Notes under the pieces: generated by a model
The model's database searches: none
Seen by the model: only the letters and a program-made list of their open reading frames with translations
What the model was told of the DNA's origin: nothing
Position numbers and translations under genes: made by a program
Assembly: GCA_044451945.1 (NCBI GenBank)
Contig: JBIOKR010000001.1
Span: 7,672-71,671, forward strand
DNA length: 64,000 nucleotides
Direction: 5' to 3'
Source of the DNA: Candidatus Lutacidiplasmatales archaeon
GTDB taxonomy: Archaea; Thermoplasmatota; Thermoplasmata; Lutacidiplasmatales; UBA184
Part shown: positions 1 through 9,028 of the stretch, piece by piece
How the letters are laid out: every line of letters begins with the position of its first letter
Numbering within the stretch: the first letter of the stretch is position 1

Positions 1-2
1 TC

Positions 3-200
3 TTCGAGGGGAAGCAGCCAGCCTACCCCCCATTCCGAAACGTGACGTTCAAACCCGCCCCCGCGGCACCCACCCCGAAGCCGAAGCCCAAGGGTCGGAT
101 GAGGAAGCTGAGTCTGCCCGGGTTCGCAGGCCAAGGAGTCCTCCGAGCGGAAGCGGCCGACCCGAAAGACGACTCTGAACACCCGCCTGAGGGCGACTGA
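3..200 (+). CDS. C-terminal end of an unidentified protein entering from the left edge (partial)
   Basis: Frame is open from base 3 to TGA at 198-200 with mostly G/C at codon position 3. It ends ...PKPKPKGRMRKLSLPGFAGQGVLRAEAADPKDDSEHPPEGD. No motif recognised. Confidence 0.3.
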   Translation, partial: FEGKQPAYPPFRNVTFKPAPAAPTPKPKPKGRMRKLSLPGFAGQGVLRAEAADPKDDSEHPPEGD

Positions 201-236
201 TCACGCCAACTCCCCCTGAAGAAATGGACCTCGGCT

Positions 237-1247
237 ATGCGAACCCTACGTCCGGTACTGGTTTTTTCCGGGCTAGTGATCGCAGTCGCGGGGATAGTTG
301 CCGCGATACTACTCCAGCAGTCCGTTATTGCCGTGACGGCAGTCTTGGCAGCGGTCCTGACCGGTCTATCTCCCAGCTTTGTGCCGTCGCTTTCCGACGA
401 GATTCAGTCGAACAACGACCGCTACAGAAGGCACAGGGAGTATTTCGCCGACGCAATCTTGCCTACAGCCGGAGCGATGATCCTCGTACAGGGCGGTTAT
501 GTCCGGCGGCTCGGAGCAGGTCGTCTCGCTTGGAAGATCGCATCCGACGAAGAGCGCAGTCCAAGTTCACCAGGCCTGGGGGAGGACTACATTCCTGCAT
601 ACGAAGACGTCTTCCTACCTCACATCTCGGGAGTGCACTCAGGTCCAGTCTGGGAGCGGCTGACCACCGCATGGTTCGGCGCGAGATCCGCGGTCGCCTC
701 GTACACGGCCGCTCGCCGGGCCTTTGACGAGACGTTCTTCAGCAAGATGGACCAGCTAACTCGCGACAAAGTCGGCGCTTCGTACGAGGCCGATTGGAGC
801 GACACGCGAATTCAGTTTTCTGACGGAAAGAACCGCCCAAGATACCAAGCTGCCCAGATCCAAGACAACTGCGAATACTGGTATGCCGGGAGATACGAGC
901 TGCCGGGATGGCAGTGGCTCACCCCGGTCGCTAAGCCCCCGAACCCCGCCCAGAATACACCTTGGGAGATTTCGATGGGCACCTCCTCAATCCCATTTGT
1001 CTGGGGTGGGGGGGCTCCAACTGACCTCGACTCCATGGCGGTCCGGTTTGGGGAGGTTCTCGACGCGCTGAGATATGACAAGAACCTCAAGCAACTCTAT
1101 CTCGCCGCGCGAAGCGCCGAGGACGAAGCCAAGCTGGGGCTGAATCCTTTGGAGAAGACGACTCTCGACGCAGCCCACCTCTTGAGGCATGGCCCAGACA
1201 TCCCTGGGGAGTGCGCCTATTGTAAGGCCTGGCGCCCCCGCTTCTGA
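237..1247 (+). CDS. Hypothetical membrane-anchored protein (element-borne)
   Basis: 336-aa ORF with an N-terminal hydrophobic segment VLVFSGLVIAVAGIVAAILLQQSVIAVTAVLAAVL. No catalytic motif recognised. Confidence 0.5.
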   Translation: MRTLRPVLVFSGLVIAVAGIVAAILLQQSVIAVTAVLAAVLTGLSPSFVPSLSDEIQSNNDRYRRHREYFADAILPTAGAMILVQGGYVRRLGAGRLAWKIASDEERSPSSPGLGEDYIPAYEDVFLPHISGVHSGPVWERLTTAWFGARSAVASYTAARRAFDETFFSKMDQLTRDKVGASYEADWSDTRIQFSDGKNRPRYQAAQIQDNCEYWYAGRYELPGWQWLTPVAKPPNPAQNTPWEISMGTSSIPFVWGGGAPTDLDSMAVRFGEVLDALRYDKNLKQLYLAARSAEDEAKLGLNPLEKTTLDAAHLLRHGPDIPGECAYCKAWRPRF

Positions 1248-1934
1248 GGGGGGTTTCCGACCACTCAGGAGAACTGAGGCTCTCGCGGCCGGACCGAAGG
1301 CTTTGACGGATTGGGGCGGGTTAGCCGACAGCCGAAGACGGGATGCCTGCCGGCCGCACGCCATTTCGCCCCCCGCCGCCACTGACGTGCTTTTCGAGGG
1401 AGAAAGTAGGCATTCTCTCGGCATTTGCGGGAGTCCGGCCGGAGTCCAGAGGCTATCCGGAGGGAGTGCAGTGGGTATTCTCGGATACCGACTGCTTTGC
1501 TACGGGACTCCGACTGCGATTGACCTCTCCGGAGGGGCACCTACGTTGGATTCCCTTGCGGCTCGGTCGGTCCCCTGTGCGGGCGGTCGAAATACGCTGG
1601 GAGAAAGGGGTCTCTCGGGTTTAGACCTCCTCGCAAGGTCCGAATGCCCACTTGCGCGACTGGTTCGCATGGTGGGCGTGGGTCGCGTTGGAGGCAATCA
1701 CCGCCGGTGGAGCCGTTTCAGCCGAATTTTCAGGCTCGGCCTTGATGGGCGGCAGGAGCGGGGCTAGAGTGGGGGCTGGAGTCGTTCAGGACGGGGGCTA
1801 GTGGACCTCGGGTCCTGCCCCTGACCAACCGCTGGACTCGGCAACTTCCCAAGCTTCCGCCGTTGTGAGCGGCGGTCGAAATGGGGAGGGGGGAACCGGC
1901 AGAGCTGGTGGATTCGACCAGCCGCTTGGAACTC

Positions 1935-2831
1935 CTACCGAACCAGGATACAGACCGAGGACCGCATCAGAACCAGGTCATTCCAATCCTTCACGAATCG
2001 GCGGCGATCCTTCGCGCCAAGCCGCTTGAGGAACTCGAGGCCGGCGCAATCGTCTGATCCGATTTGCGACTGCTCCCGTTGTATCCGTTCGACAGTTTGG
2101 GCCATCTCCGAGGGGACGTATCGGCCCTGGGTCACCAGCCTCAGTTTCGGATCGAAAGGCGCTCTCCCTTCCGCCAACAGTCCAGCGGCGCGAGCCATCC
2201 TCCGTTCGAATTCGGCCGATGGTCCCCCAAGAACTCCGAGCCCTGTTCTCATCGCCCCTAAGGCTCTCCAACGCCGGCGGAGGTCGCGCTCGAAATCGAC
2301 GCCAAGGTGTCGTTCAGTGGCCCCTCTCGCCCTCCGAGTAGCGCTTCGGATGAGGCGGTCTGCCTCGGTGTCCATTGATTCGACGAGGGACCTCCGAAAC
2401 GTGCCGATTCGTCTCGCAAGGCTCCCGCCAAGACGGGCCTGAAGGCCGGGAGGGAAGCCAAAGACGTACGGCTGCGAGTCGAAACCGAATACTCCGAGTG
2501 GAGCCCCCTCATGAATCCACTTGGCCGCGACCTCGGCCATGATTTCCCGCCTCTGGCTAACTTGGGCAGTCGGCTTGAGAGTGTACCAGGACTCGGCTCC
2601 CTTGCGCGTTCGAGTAAGTTCCTTCGAGCTCTCAAGGCTGTGGAGCGCTCGGCGAAAGGTCTCACGATTGACCGAGGGCCAGCGTTCTTGGATCTCGCCC
2701 CAAAGATCACGCCAACGCAACGGCGGGTAGCATTTCGTCCGGCGCTCGAGTTGAGCGTGCAGGAAGACCCCCTTCACCGCGTTCTTTGCCGTGGCAAGGG
2801 CCGTCCCTTCCCTGATTCTACGCACAAACAA
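1935..2831 (-). CDS. Hypothetical protein with putative winged-helix DNA-binding segment
   Basis: Segment RWRDLWGEIQERWPSVNRETFRRALHSLESSKELTRTRKGAESWYTL looks like a wHTH. The track ORF runs to 2942, but that would overlap the divergent prim-pol gene, so the start was trimmed to TTG 2831 (GTG 2825 is also possible). Confidence 0.45.
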   Translation of the reverse strand: MFVRRIREGTALATAKNAVKGVFLHAQLERRTKCYPPLRWRDLWGEIQERWPSVNRETFRRALHSLESSKELTRTRKGAESWYTLKPTAQVSQRREIMAEVAAKWIHEGAPLGVFGFDSQPYVFGFPPGLQARLGGSLARRIGTFRRSLVESMDTEADRLIRSATRRARGATERHLGVDFERDLRRRWRALGAMRTGLGVLGGPSAEFERRMARAAGLLAEGRAPFDPKLRLVTQGRYVPSEMAQTVERIQREQSQIGSDDCAGLEFLKRLGAKDRRRFVKDWNDLVLMRSSVCILVR

Positions 2832-2874
2832 TGGGCCCTCCCTGTGCGTCCTCTCCTCAAGAAGGACCCACCGT

Positions 2875-5484
2875 ATGTCAGGTCGTCGAGGTGGCGAGGC
2901 CGTGGTACCGACGAGGTTCGAGGGATTCCCGCCCATTCTCATTCACTGCCTCGGCAAGGGCTGGGCGATCTTCCCGGTTCGGGGAAAGGAGCCGCTCACC
3001 GAACACGGGCACAAAGATGCCTCTCGAGACCCGGGGCAATGGATTCGCTGGCTAGACCAGTTCCCCGACTGCGGTTGGGCAGCTCCGACGGGTGAACTCA
3101 ATGGCTTCGACGTCCTCGACGCCGACACCGCCGAGGCCGTGGCCGATCTTTCCGGGCGCCTCCGTCACGGCCCGCGTGTTAGCACCGCCCGCGGTATCCA
3201 CTTCTACTTCAAGCACTCCCCAGGCGCTCGCTCTTGGGCCAAGCGACTCAAGGGTTGCGACTTCAAAGGGGAGGGTGGCTACGTCGTTCTCGCTGGCAGC
3301 CCTCACGAGAGCGGGACTCACTACGAGTGGGTTGAAGGAACGGCGGAGATCGCTCTTCCCGAGACTCCTGCATGGGTATTCGACCTTCACCTCGGGGGTT
3401 TCTCCTCGACCGTACCGGGAGCAAAGTACGTCGAGGGGGAGAGGAACGACCGGCTCTTCCGGCTGGCGTGCGCGATTCAGAGGAAGGGCGGGGAAGTTCT
3501 CAAGGAGGTCCTGCGGGCGAACGATGAGCTCTGCGCACCGCCGCTAGATCACGCCGAGGTCGTTCGGGTCGCAGCCTCCGCGGAGAGGTATCCCCGCGGG
3601 GTGGCAGGGCTCAAATCGCCCGAGTCTCCATCTCGAGGATCAGGGGAGAGCGCTGCCGACCGCTTGGTCGAGATTGCCTCAGGGGCCGAGCTCTTCCACG
3701 ATGACCAGCTCGAGGCCTTCGCCACGGTCGAGGCCAACGGGCACTTCGAGACGTACCGAGTTCGCTCCGTGCCCTTTCGCCGGTGGCTCGTCTTCCGCTA
3801 CAGGTCGGCTTACGGCAAGGTCCCCTCGCCCCATACCGTTCAAGCGGCAATCCTGTCAGTCGAAGCGGCTGCCCAGATAGAAGGGCAATGCGTCAACGTC
3901 CACACGCGGGTTGGATGGGACGGGGAAGCTCTCTGGATTGACCTCGGAGGGCCGACGTGGCGCACTGCAAAGGTGACCACCATGGGCTGGGAGATCTGCG
4001 ACTGGGCTGCCATCAAGTTTGTCAGGGGGAAGTCGCAGGCGCCCCTCCCCATCCCGCGACGCGACGGTTCCATCGCCGCCCTTGTGCCGTTCCTGGGGGC
4101 CGAGAGCGTCGAGGACGAGCACTTCGTCCAGGCGGTTTCATGGCTCGTTGGCAGCTTCCACCCTTTCGGCCCCTACCCCGTCCTCTACCTGCTCGCAGAA
4201 CAGGGCAGTGGGAAGAGTTCAGCCGCGAGATACCTCCGAGGACTAATCGACCCATCATCGATCCCGACCCGGTCGCTTCCTCGTGAGGAACGGGACCTCG
4301 CCGTCGCCGCGCGCGGCTCTTGGGTTCTTTCGTTCGACAACGTCAGCACCATCTCCGGGTGGCTGAGCGATGCGTTGAGTCGCCTCTCCACAGGCGGCGG
4401 TTTCGGAACTCGAACCCTGTACACCGACGACGACGAGACGTTGTTCGGGGGTCGCAGACCAGTGCTGATGAATGGGATACCCCAGGCCATCGTGGAGCCC
4501 GATCTTCGGGACCGGGCGCTCGTGGCCCACTGGCCCCGCATCGCGTTGCGCCGCAGCGTCCGGGACCTGGACGGCGAGTTCGAAGCCAAGGCCGGGGGAA
4601 TCTTCGGAGCGCTCCTTGACGCCCTCTCCTCGGCAATCAGGTCCTTGGCGCTAGAGGCTGCCCAACGAAAGGACCTGCCCCGAATGGCCGACTTTGCCGT
4701 CTGGGTGGAAGCAGCCGAACCGCGGTTGCCTTGGCGCAGTGGGCGATTTGCGGAGGTCTTCGAGTCGACCCGGGCGAGCGCCACTCAGTCGGTGCTTTCC
4801 GAGAGCCTTGTGGCTCAGTCCGTAATCCAGTTCATCTCGGACGTCCGGAATTGGGAAGGCACCGCCACGTCACTCCTCGACGAACTGACGGAAACCTCCG
4901 GGTTCTCACCCCTGACGGGTCGCCGTTCACCGAAGGACTGGCCCGCGAGCCCCAAGACGCTCAGCCAGTCACTGCGCAAGCTCGCGCCGGACCTCCGATC
5001 AGTGGGCATCTGGGTGACCTTCGACAAAGCGGGGAAGGAGCGGACGCGGCTCATTCGGCTGTCAACAGGCCCCGGGCAGAATGACCGCGATTCTGCGTCC
5101 GCTGCGTCCGCTCCGTCCGCCATTGCCACGATCCCTGACGGGGGCGCACCGTTAGCGGCAGGTGCAGAGGCAGACGCAAAGGACGCAGCGGACGCAAGAT
5201 TCCCCCCCTTCTACTCGCGCGACGAGGGGGAGGTCGAGCCCCTCGCCGAAGCTGCGGACCGGGAGCTGTCCAGCGTTTTCGCCCGCTTCGGCCTTGATGG
5301 AGGTTCGGCGTTCCCGGGGCTCCACTTCCTACGCGTCAAGCGGGATCCGGCTAGGGTTGCAGTCGTAGCAGGCGAGAGCGGTCGCCAGTTGGGCCGTCCT
5401 TGGCACGCTCCCGTCCTATCAGGCGGGACAAATCCCCCGGCAATTGATACCGCAACGTCCCGACCCTCAGGGGAGGCCGGATGA
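2875..5484 (+). CDS. Bifunctional DNA primase-polymerase (Prim-Pol) with PriCT-like domain and C-terminal P-loop NTPase/helicase-like domain
   Basis: Prim-Pol motifs: GWAIFPVRGKEP, FDVLDADT, RGIHFYFKH, KGEGGYVVLAGSPHESGTHYEW. PriCT-like: EGERNDRLFRLACAIQRKG...PPLDHAEVVRVAASAERY. Walker A: AEQGSGKSS. Start taken at ATG 2875 (GTG 2902 possible); the track start at 2791 overlaps the divergent gene. Confidence 0.9.
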   Translation: MSGRRGGEAVVPTRFEGFPPILIHCLGKGWAIFPVRGKEPLTEHGHKDASRDPGQWIRWLDQFPDCGWAAPTGELNGFDVLDADTAEAVADLSGRLRHGPRVSTARGIHFYFKHSPGARSWAKRLKGCDFKGEGGYVVLAGSPHESGTHYEWVEGTAEIALPETPAWVFDLHLGGFSSTVPGAKYVEGERNDRLFRLACAIQRKGGEVLKEVLRANDELCAPPLDHAEVVRVAASAERYPRGVAGLKSPESPSRGSGESAADRLVEIASGAELFHDDQLEAFATVEANGHFETYRVRSVPFRRWLVFRYRSAYGKVPSPHTVQAAILSVEAAAQIEGQCVNVHTRVGWDGEALWIDLGGPTWRTAKVTTMGWEICDWAAIKFVRGKSQAPLPIPRRDGSIAALVPFLGAESVEDEHFVQAVSWLVGSFHPFGPYPVLYLLAEQGSGKSSAARYLRGLIDPSSIPTRSLPREERDLAVAARGSWVLSFDNVSTISGWLSDALSRLSTGGGFGTRTLYTDDDETLFGGRRPVLMNGIPQAIVEPDLRDRALVAHWPRIALRRSVRDLDGEFEAKAGGIFGALLDALSSAIRSLALEAAQRKDLPRMADFAVWVEAAEPRLPWRSGRFAEVFESTRASATQSVLSESLVAQSVIQFISDVRNWEGTATSLLDELTETSGFSPLTGRRSPKDWPASPKTLSQSLRKLAPDLRSVGIWVTFDKAGKERTRLIRLSTGPGQNDRDSASAASAPSAIATIPDGGAPLAAGAEADAKDAADARFPPFYSRDEGEVEPLAEAADRELSSVFARFGLDGGSAFPGLHFLRVKRDPARVAVVAGESGRQLGRPWHAPVLSGGTNPPAIDTATSRPSGEAG

Positions 5485-6371
5485 GCGCGGTTGGCCTCGA
5501 CCGCCACCGCGACCTGTTCTATCTCTGCGACCGCTCCTACGTTGGCGGCAAACGGCGGCATTGGGTCCTGGAAGCATACGGAAGGCACCGGCCAACTCTC
5601 TACCCGCCTCAGGTTCGCTCCGGGATCGCCGCCGACCTTCTCTCGCAATTGCCTTCCGAGAGTTTCAGCCTGGTGTATCTCGACCCGCCATACGGAACGA
5701 CCGACGGGGACTGGGACCGCGCCCCCGACTGGAAGGAGCTGGGGAGGGCGGTCGCTCGGCTGCTCAAGCCGACCGGGCAGGTGGTGCTCCACGGCTCAGG
5801 CTCTATGGGCTGCGAGGCCGTCGCCTCGTTCCTCGGGCCGCTCAGGTATCGCTTCGAGATAGTCTGGGTCAAGACCTCGGAGAACGGCTGCCTGATGCCT
5901 ACATCTTGGATTACCGACTTCGAGCCTCTCAGGGCTTTCGAGCAGATTCACGTCATGGCTAAGTCCGGCTCCAAGACGACCGAGCTCACCTTCAACCGAG
6001 GCGCAATCCACCGCCGCGTACCGGCCGGGCCTCGCTCAGCACAGAAGCGACCACCGAGTCATCAACTCAAAGGGGGCTGGAGCGGTAGGCTGCGCCCTCG
6101 GCGCGACGGCTATGGGTTTCCGGTCAACGTGATCTTCCAAGCCCCGGCCCGGACGGGGGACCTCTACGCCGCGAAACCGGAAGACCTGACCCGGCAACTG
6201 GTTTCGGCGCTCACCAAGCCCGGCGACTGGATACTCGACCCGTTCGCGGGGAGCGGCACCACCCTGCGGGTCGCGTACCGGCTCGGGCGACGCTCTCTCG
6301 GAATCGAAGCCTCCCCGGTGAACTTCGCTCTCCTCAAGCGACGGCTCTCCGAACTAGGGCAGGGGTCCTGA
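5481..6371 (+). CDS. DNA methyltransferase, beta-class N6-adenine/N4-cytosine type (orphan)
   Basis: Motif IV LVYLDPPYGT lies N-terminal to motif I LDPFAGSGTT, which is beta-class order. The ATG overlaps the prim-pol stop (ATGA). No nuclease gene is adjacent. Confidence 0.85.
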   Translation: MSAVGLDRHRDLFYLCDRSYVGGKRRHWVLEAYGRHRPTLYPPQVRSGIAADLLSQLPSESFSLVYLDPPYGTTDGDWDRAPDWKELGRAVARLLKPTGQVVLHGSGSMGCEAVASFLGPLRYRFEIVWVKTSENGCLMPTSWITDFEPLRAFEQIHVMAKSGSKTTELTFNRGAIHRRVPAGPRSAQKRPPSHQLKGGWSGRLRPRRDGYGFPVNVIFQAPARTGDLYAAKPEDLTRQLVSALTKPGDWILDPFAGSGTTLRVAYRLGRRSLGIEASPVNFALLKRRLSELGQGS

Positions 6372-6385
6372 TGCTGGTGGGTCCG

Positions 6386-6895
6386 TCACTGGAGGCGGAG
6401 TGGGGCGGAGTTCGCCCCGGTCTCCTCCGTCGGGAAGACCGCCTTGGCAGCCTCGAACTGCTTCGGGCTAAGGATGTACGACATTCCATTTCGGCGGCCA
6501 GCGAGGCCGAAGTCCCCCGGCGGGCGAGGGCGGAGGACCAGCGAGTCGCGGGGAATAGTGAACTCCGCCCCGCTCGATCTCCGCACGACAATCCCGGAGG
6601 GGATCACCCGAACCGCGGATGGTCGGAATACCATCCAGAAGTAGAGGTCAATGAGGGCCGAAGCGACCGCGGTGATGATGACGACAGCGAGAGCGACCTC
6701 GAACCCGTACTGGGGAATGAGGACCTTGAACCAAAGAAATGCGAGAACAATCACGAGGACGGGAGCGCTGCCGACGACCTGGTAGACAAAGAGCGGGTGC
6801 GTTCGCTCGGTCGGAATCCAGCCATCGGCCCCAATCCCCATTCGGAAGAGTCCGAATCGCCCGGGGTAGAAAAACCATGGCTCCTGCCAGCGCAA
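6386..6895 (-). CDS. Two-TM membrane protein with C-terminal soluble (PH-like?) domain
   Basis: Hydrophobic helices APVLVIVLAFLWFKVLI and VALAVVIITAVASALIDLYFWMVF, then about 80 aa of soluble sequence. The antisense frame here is acidic junk. A start at the internal ATG 6841 is possible. Confidence 0.6.
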   Translation of the reverse strand: MRWQEPWFFYPGRFGLFRMGIGADGWIPTERTHPLFVYQVVGSAPVLVIVLAFLWFKVLIPQYGFEVALAVVIITAVASALIDLYFWMVFRPSAVRVIPSGIVVRRSSGAEFTIPRDSLVLRPRPPGDFGLAGRRNGMSYILSPKQFEAAKAVFPTEETGANSAPLRLQ

Positions 6896-7549
6896 GTCCC
6901 TATAGCTTGTGCCATCTACGCGCGGGTCAGCACCTCAGACCAGACGACGGAGCCTCAGGTAGCAGCCCTCATGGCGGAGGCGGAGCGCCTCGGGCTCACC
7001 GTCCCCTCGGAACGCGTCTACATTGACGATGGCTTCTCCGGTTCCCTCGCCGAGCGGCCCGCATTCGACCGACTGAAAGCTGCGATCGAGGCGAGGCAGG
7101 TTATGGCCGTACTCGTCACCAAGCTTGACCGGCTCGGCCGCTCGGTCCGAGGCGTCCTCGAGTTCTACGACTCCGCGGAGGTTGCAGGCGTTCGCATCGT
7201 GGTGATCGACCAAGGGATGGACACCGCGACCCCGGGCGGGCGGCTCATGCGAACGATCTTGGCGGCGATGGCCGAATTCGAGCGCGACCTGATCGTAGAC
7301 CGAACGAAGAGCCGGATGGCCGCCTTCAAGGCGGGAATGCCCACCCGGTCCGGGCGGCCGGTAGGTCGGCCCCGTCGAGTGACTCGCGAGAAGGTCGAGG
7401 AAGCGCGCCGACTGCGGTCCACCAACCCGCCCCTCAAGTGGGCGACCGTCGCTCAGCGAGTGGGGCTGCCGAAAGAAACCCTGCGGAAGGCCGTCCGCGA
7501 GGCCCAGCGTTCCACGGCCGCGGGTGTTGCCGCGGGAACAATGCAGTAG
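6797..7549 (+). CDS. Serine recombinase (resolvase/invertase family)
   Basis: Catalytic-Ser motif CAIYARVSTSDQ, LVTKLDRLGRS, AEFERDLI, and a C-terminal HTH (WATVAQRVGLPKETLRKAV). The track start at 6371 adds a junk-like 140-aa extension over the opposite-strand gene. GTG 6797 is the nearest in-frame start, so the start is uncertain. Confidence 0.85.
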   Translation: MRSLGRNPAIGPNPHSEESESPGVEKPWLLPAQVPIACAIYARVSTSDQTTEPQVAALMAEAERLGLTVPSERVYIDDGFSGSLAERPAFDRLKAAIEARQVMAVLVTKLDRLGRSVRGVLEFYDSAEVAGVRIVVIDQGMDTATPGGRLMRTILAAMAEFERDLIVDRTKSRMAAFKAGMPTRSGRPVGRPRRVTREKVEEARRLRSTNPPLKWATVAQRVGLPKETLRKAVREAQRSTAAGVAAGTMQ

Positions 7550-7686
7550 AGGGATTGGACCATGCTGGAAAGCCCCTACCCCAGACCCCCAAGCGGGAAC
7601 AACCCTCAGTTGGGGGAAACTCCCGCCGACCGGGGAGGCGGGGCCGGGGAGCCTTCAGCGGCGGAAACCGCCCCCTTGTCCCCATG

Positions 7687-7923
7687 TCAGGAGTCGGCCC
7701 AGAACCCCTTCCGGCTTAGCGCGATAAGCGTCGCTCCCAACACCGGGGCCACTGGAGCGACCGCCCAAGCGGAAGGGTTCCACAGCAGAATCGCGAGGAC
7801 CACGTACGCGCCTAACGCGAGGAGTCCCGCGCCGGCAATCAAGGCGATCCGCCCACGCAAGCGGGAGTATCTCCGAAACTCCTCTGGGTCCATCGAGTCC
7901 AGACTCGGAACCAGTGCGCCCAT
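7687..7923 (-). CDS. Small two-TM membrane protein
   Basis: 78 aa with hydrophobic segments IALIAGAGLLALGAYVVLAILLW and VAPVAPVLGATLIAL. Codon position 3 is G/C-rich. Confidence 0.5.
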   Translation of the reverse strand: MGALVPSLDSMDPEEFRRYSRLRGRIALIAGAGLLALGAYVVLAILLWNPSAWAVAPVAPVLGATLIALSRKGFWADS

Positions 7924-8020
7924 TTACCTGCCTAGCGCCCTCCGACCCGCCCCGGCGCCCTCGGAATCGCCACGACAGCATTCATTAGTCGGGAGGTCGA
8001 CCGCCCTCTCGGAGGAACCC

Positions 8021-8983
8021 TTGCCCTCAACGGCAAGGGGTGGGAGAGAGAGGATCGAGTGGTATGCGGAGAAGCGGAAAGCAGGGATATCGAGGCGGCA
8101 CTACTTGGAGATTCGGCGGGTCTTGTCAGAGGCCGCCGATCTCCTCGAACAGGTAGGACTAGCGTGCCACCCGGGACGGTTCGGCGACGCCGAATTGGAC
8201 GCGCTACTGAACGGCGGTTGGCGCCCAGCCACCTCCGAGCAGGTGGGCTTGGCGCCGAGGACCAGGGCGTACAACGTCTGCCTTCTGAACGGCTTTCTCA
8301 AGGCCCACAGCAACCTGGCGGTGGAAAACCGGCACCTCCACTTCCCGAACGTGGGAGTTCGGCGTCGCGACTACCTGAAGCCGGACCAAGGTGCCCGGCT
8401 CCTGACGGTCGCCGAGACGCAGGGCATCCAGAGCCACGCGGCCGTGGCCTTGGAGATGCTGATGGGTCTTCGGAGATGCGAGATGCTCCGTGTGCGGACG
8501 ACAGAGTTGGACCTCGATGCGTATCCCGATGCGCTGCGCGTCCACGGCTCGCTGAAAGGCCAATCGGGCGAAAAGATACGGAAAGTCCCGTGGCACGACG
8601 AGGTTCGTCGGATCGTCCCGGAAGTTCTAGCCCACCGAAATCAGGAGGCGCGCAGGCTGAAGGGGCCCGATTCGGGGTTTGCCTTTGTCCATCGGACCTC
8701 CCAAGGGCTCAGGGTGTGGTCCAAGTCCTACGTGGACCGCATGTGGATGGGGCCGGCCTTCGACGCAGCGGGTATCAAGCGACCCGACGGGCTAAACCAC
8801 GTGTTGCGGCGCACGTTCGGCAGGACCCTGTGGGACAACGGGGTCCCCATCGAGAAGATCGCCTACCTGATGGGGCACGAGGATACTCGCGAGACGAAGA
8901 AATACCTCGGCCTGAACGAAGAGGACGCGCTGGAATCGATGCGCGTTCTGAACCGGGTCTTCCCCGCCCGGGTCGTCGCGTAG
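8021..8983 (+). CDS. Tyrosine recombinase/integrase
   Basis: Catalytic signature: GLRRCEMLRV (Arg), HVLRRTFG (His-x-x-Arg), LMGHED (His), KKYLG (Tyr). The track ORF starts at 7562 but overlaps the opposite-strand small gene. TTG 8021 is proposed as start (TTG 8105 possible). Confidence 0.85.
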   Translation: MPSTARGGRERIEWYAEKRKAGISRRHYLEIRRVLSEAADLLEQVGLACHPGRFGDAELDALLNGGWRPATSEQVGLAPRTRAYNVCLLNGFLKAHSNLAVENRHLHFPNVGVRRRDYLKPDQGARLLTVAETQGIQSHAAVALEMLMGLRRCEMLRVRTTELDLDAYPDALRVHGSLKGQSGEKIRKVPWHDEVRRIVPEVLAHRNQEARRLKGPDSGFAFVHRTSQGLRVWSKSYVDRMWMGPAFDAAGIKRPDGLNHVLRRTFGRTLWDNGVPIEKIAYLMGHEDTRETKKYLGLNEEDALESMRVLNRVFPARVVA

Positions 8984-9028
8984 TTGGAAGGTGGTTCAAT
9001 TGGTCCGAGACGGCAGAAACGCTGACGG

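Noticed and set aside
1189-1767. 192-aa ORF and neighbouring 90-145-aa ORFs in the 1.25-1.93 kb gap
   Set aside because: They have no codon-position bias, are Arg/Gly/Pro-rich, and overlap each other in several frames. The region was treated as non-coding.
6371-6796. Long N-terminal extension of the serine recombinase as given by the ORF track
   Set aside because: The extension is highly charged and low-complexity. It is antisense to a convincing two-TM membrane protein gene (6386-6895), and the recombinase catalytic domain starts only at about 6900.
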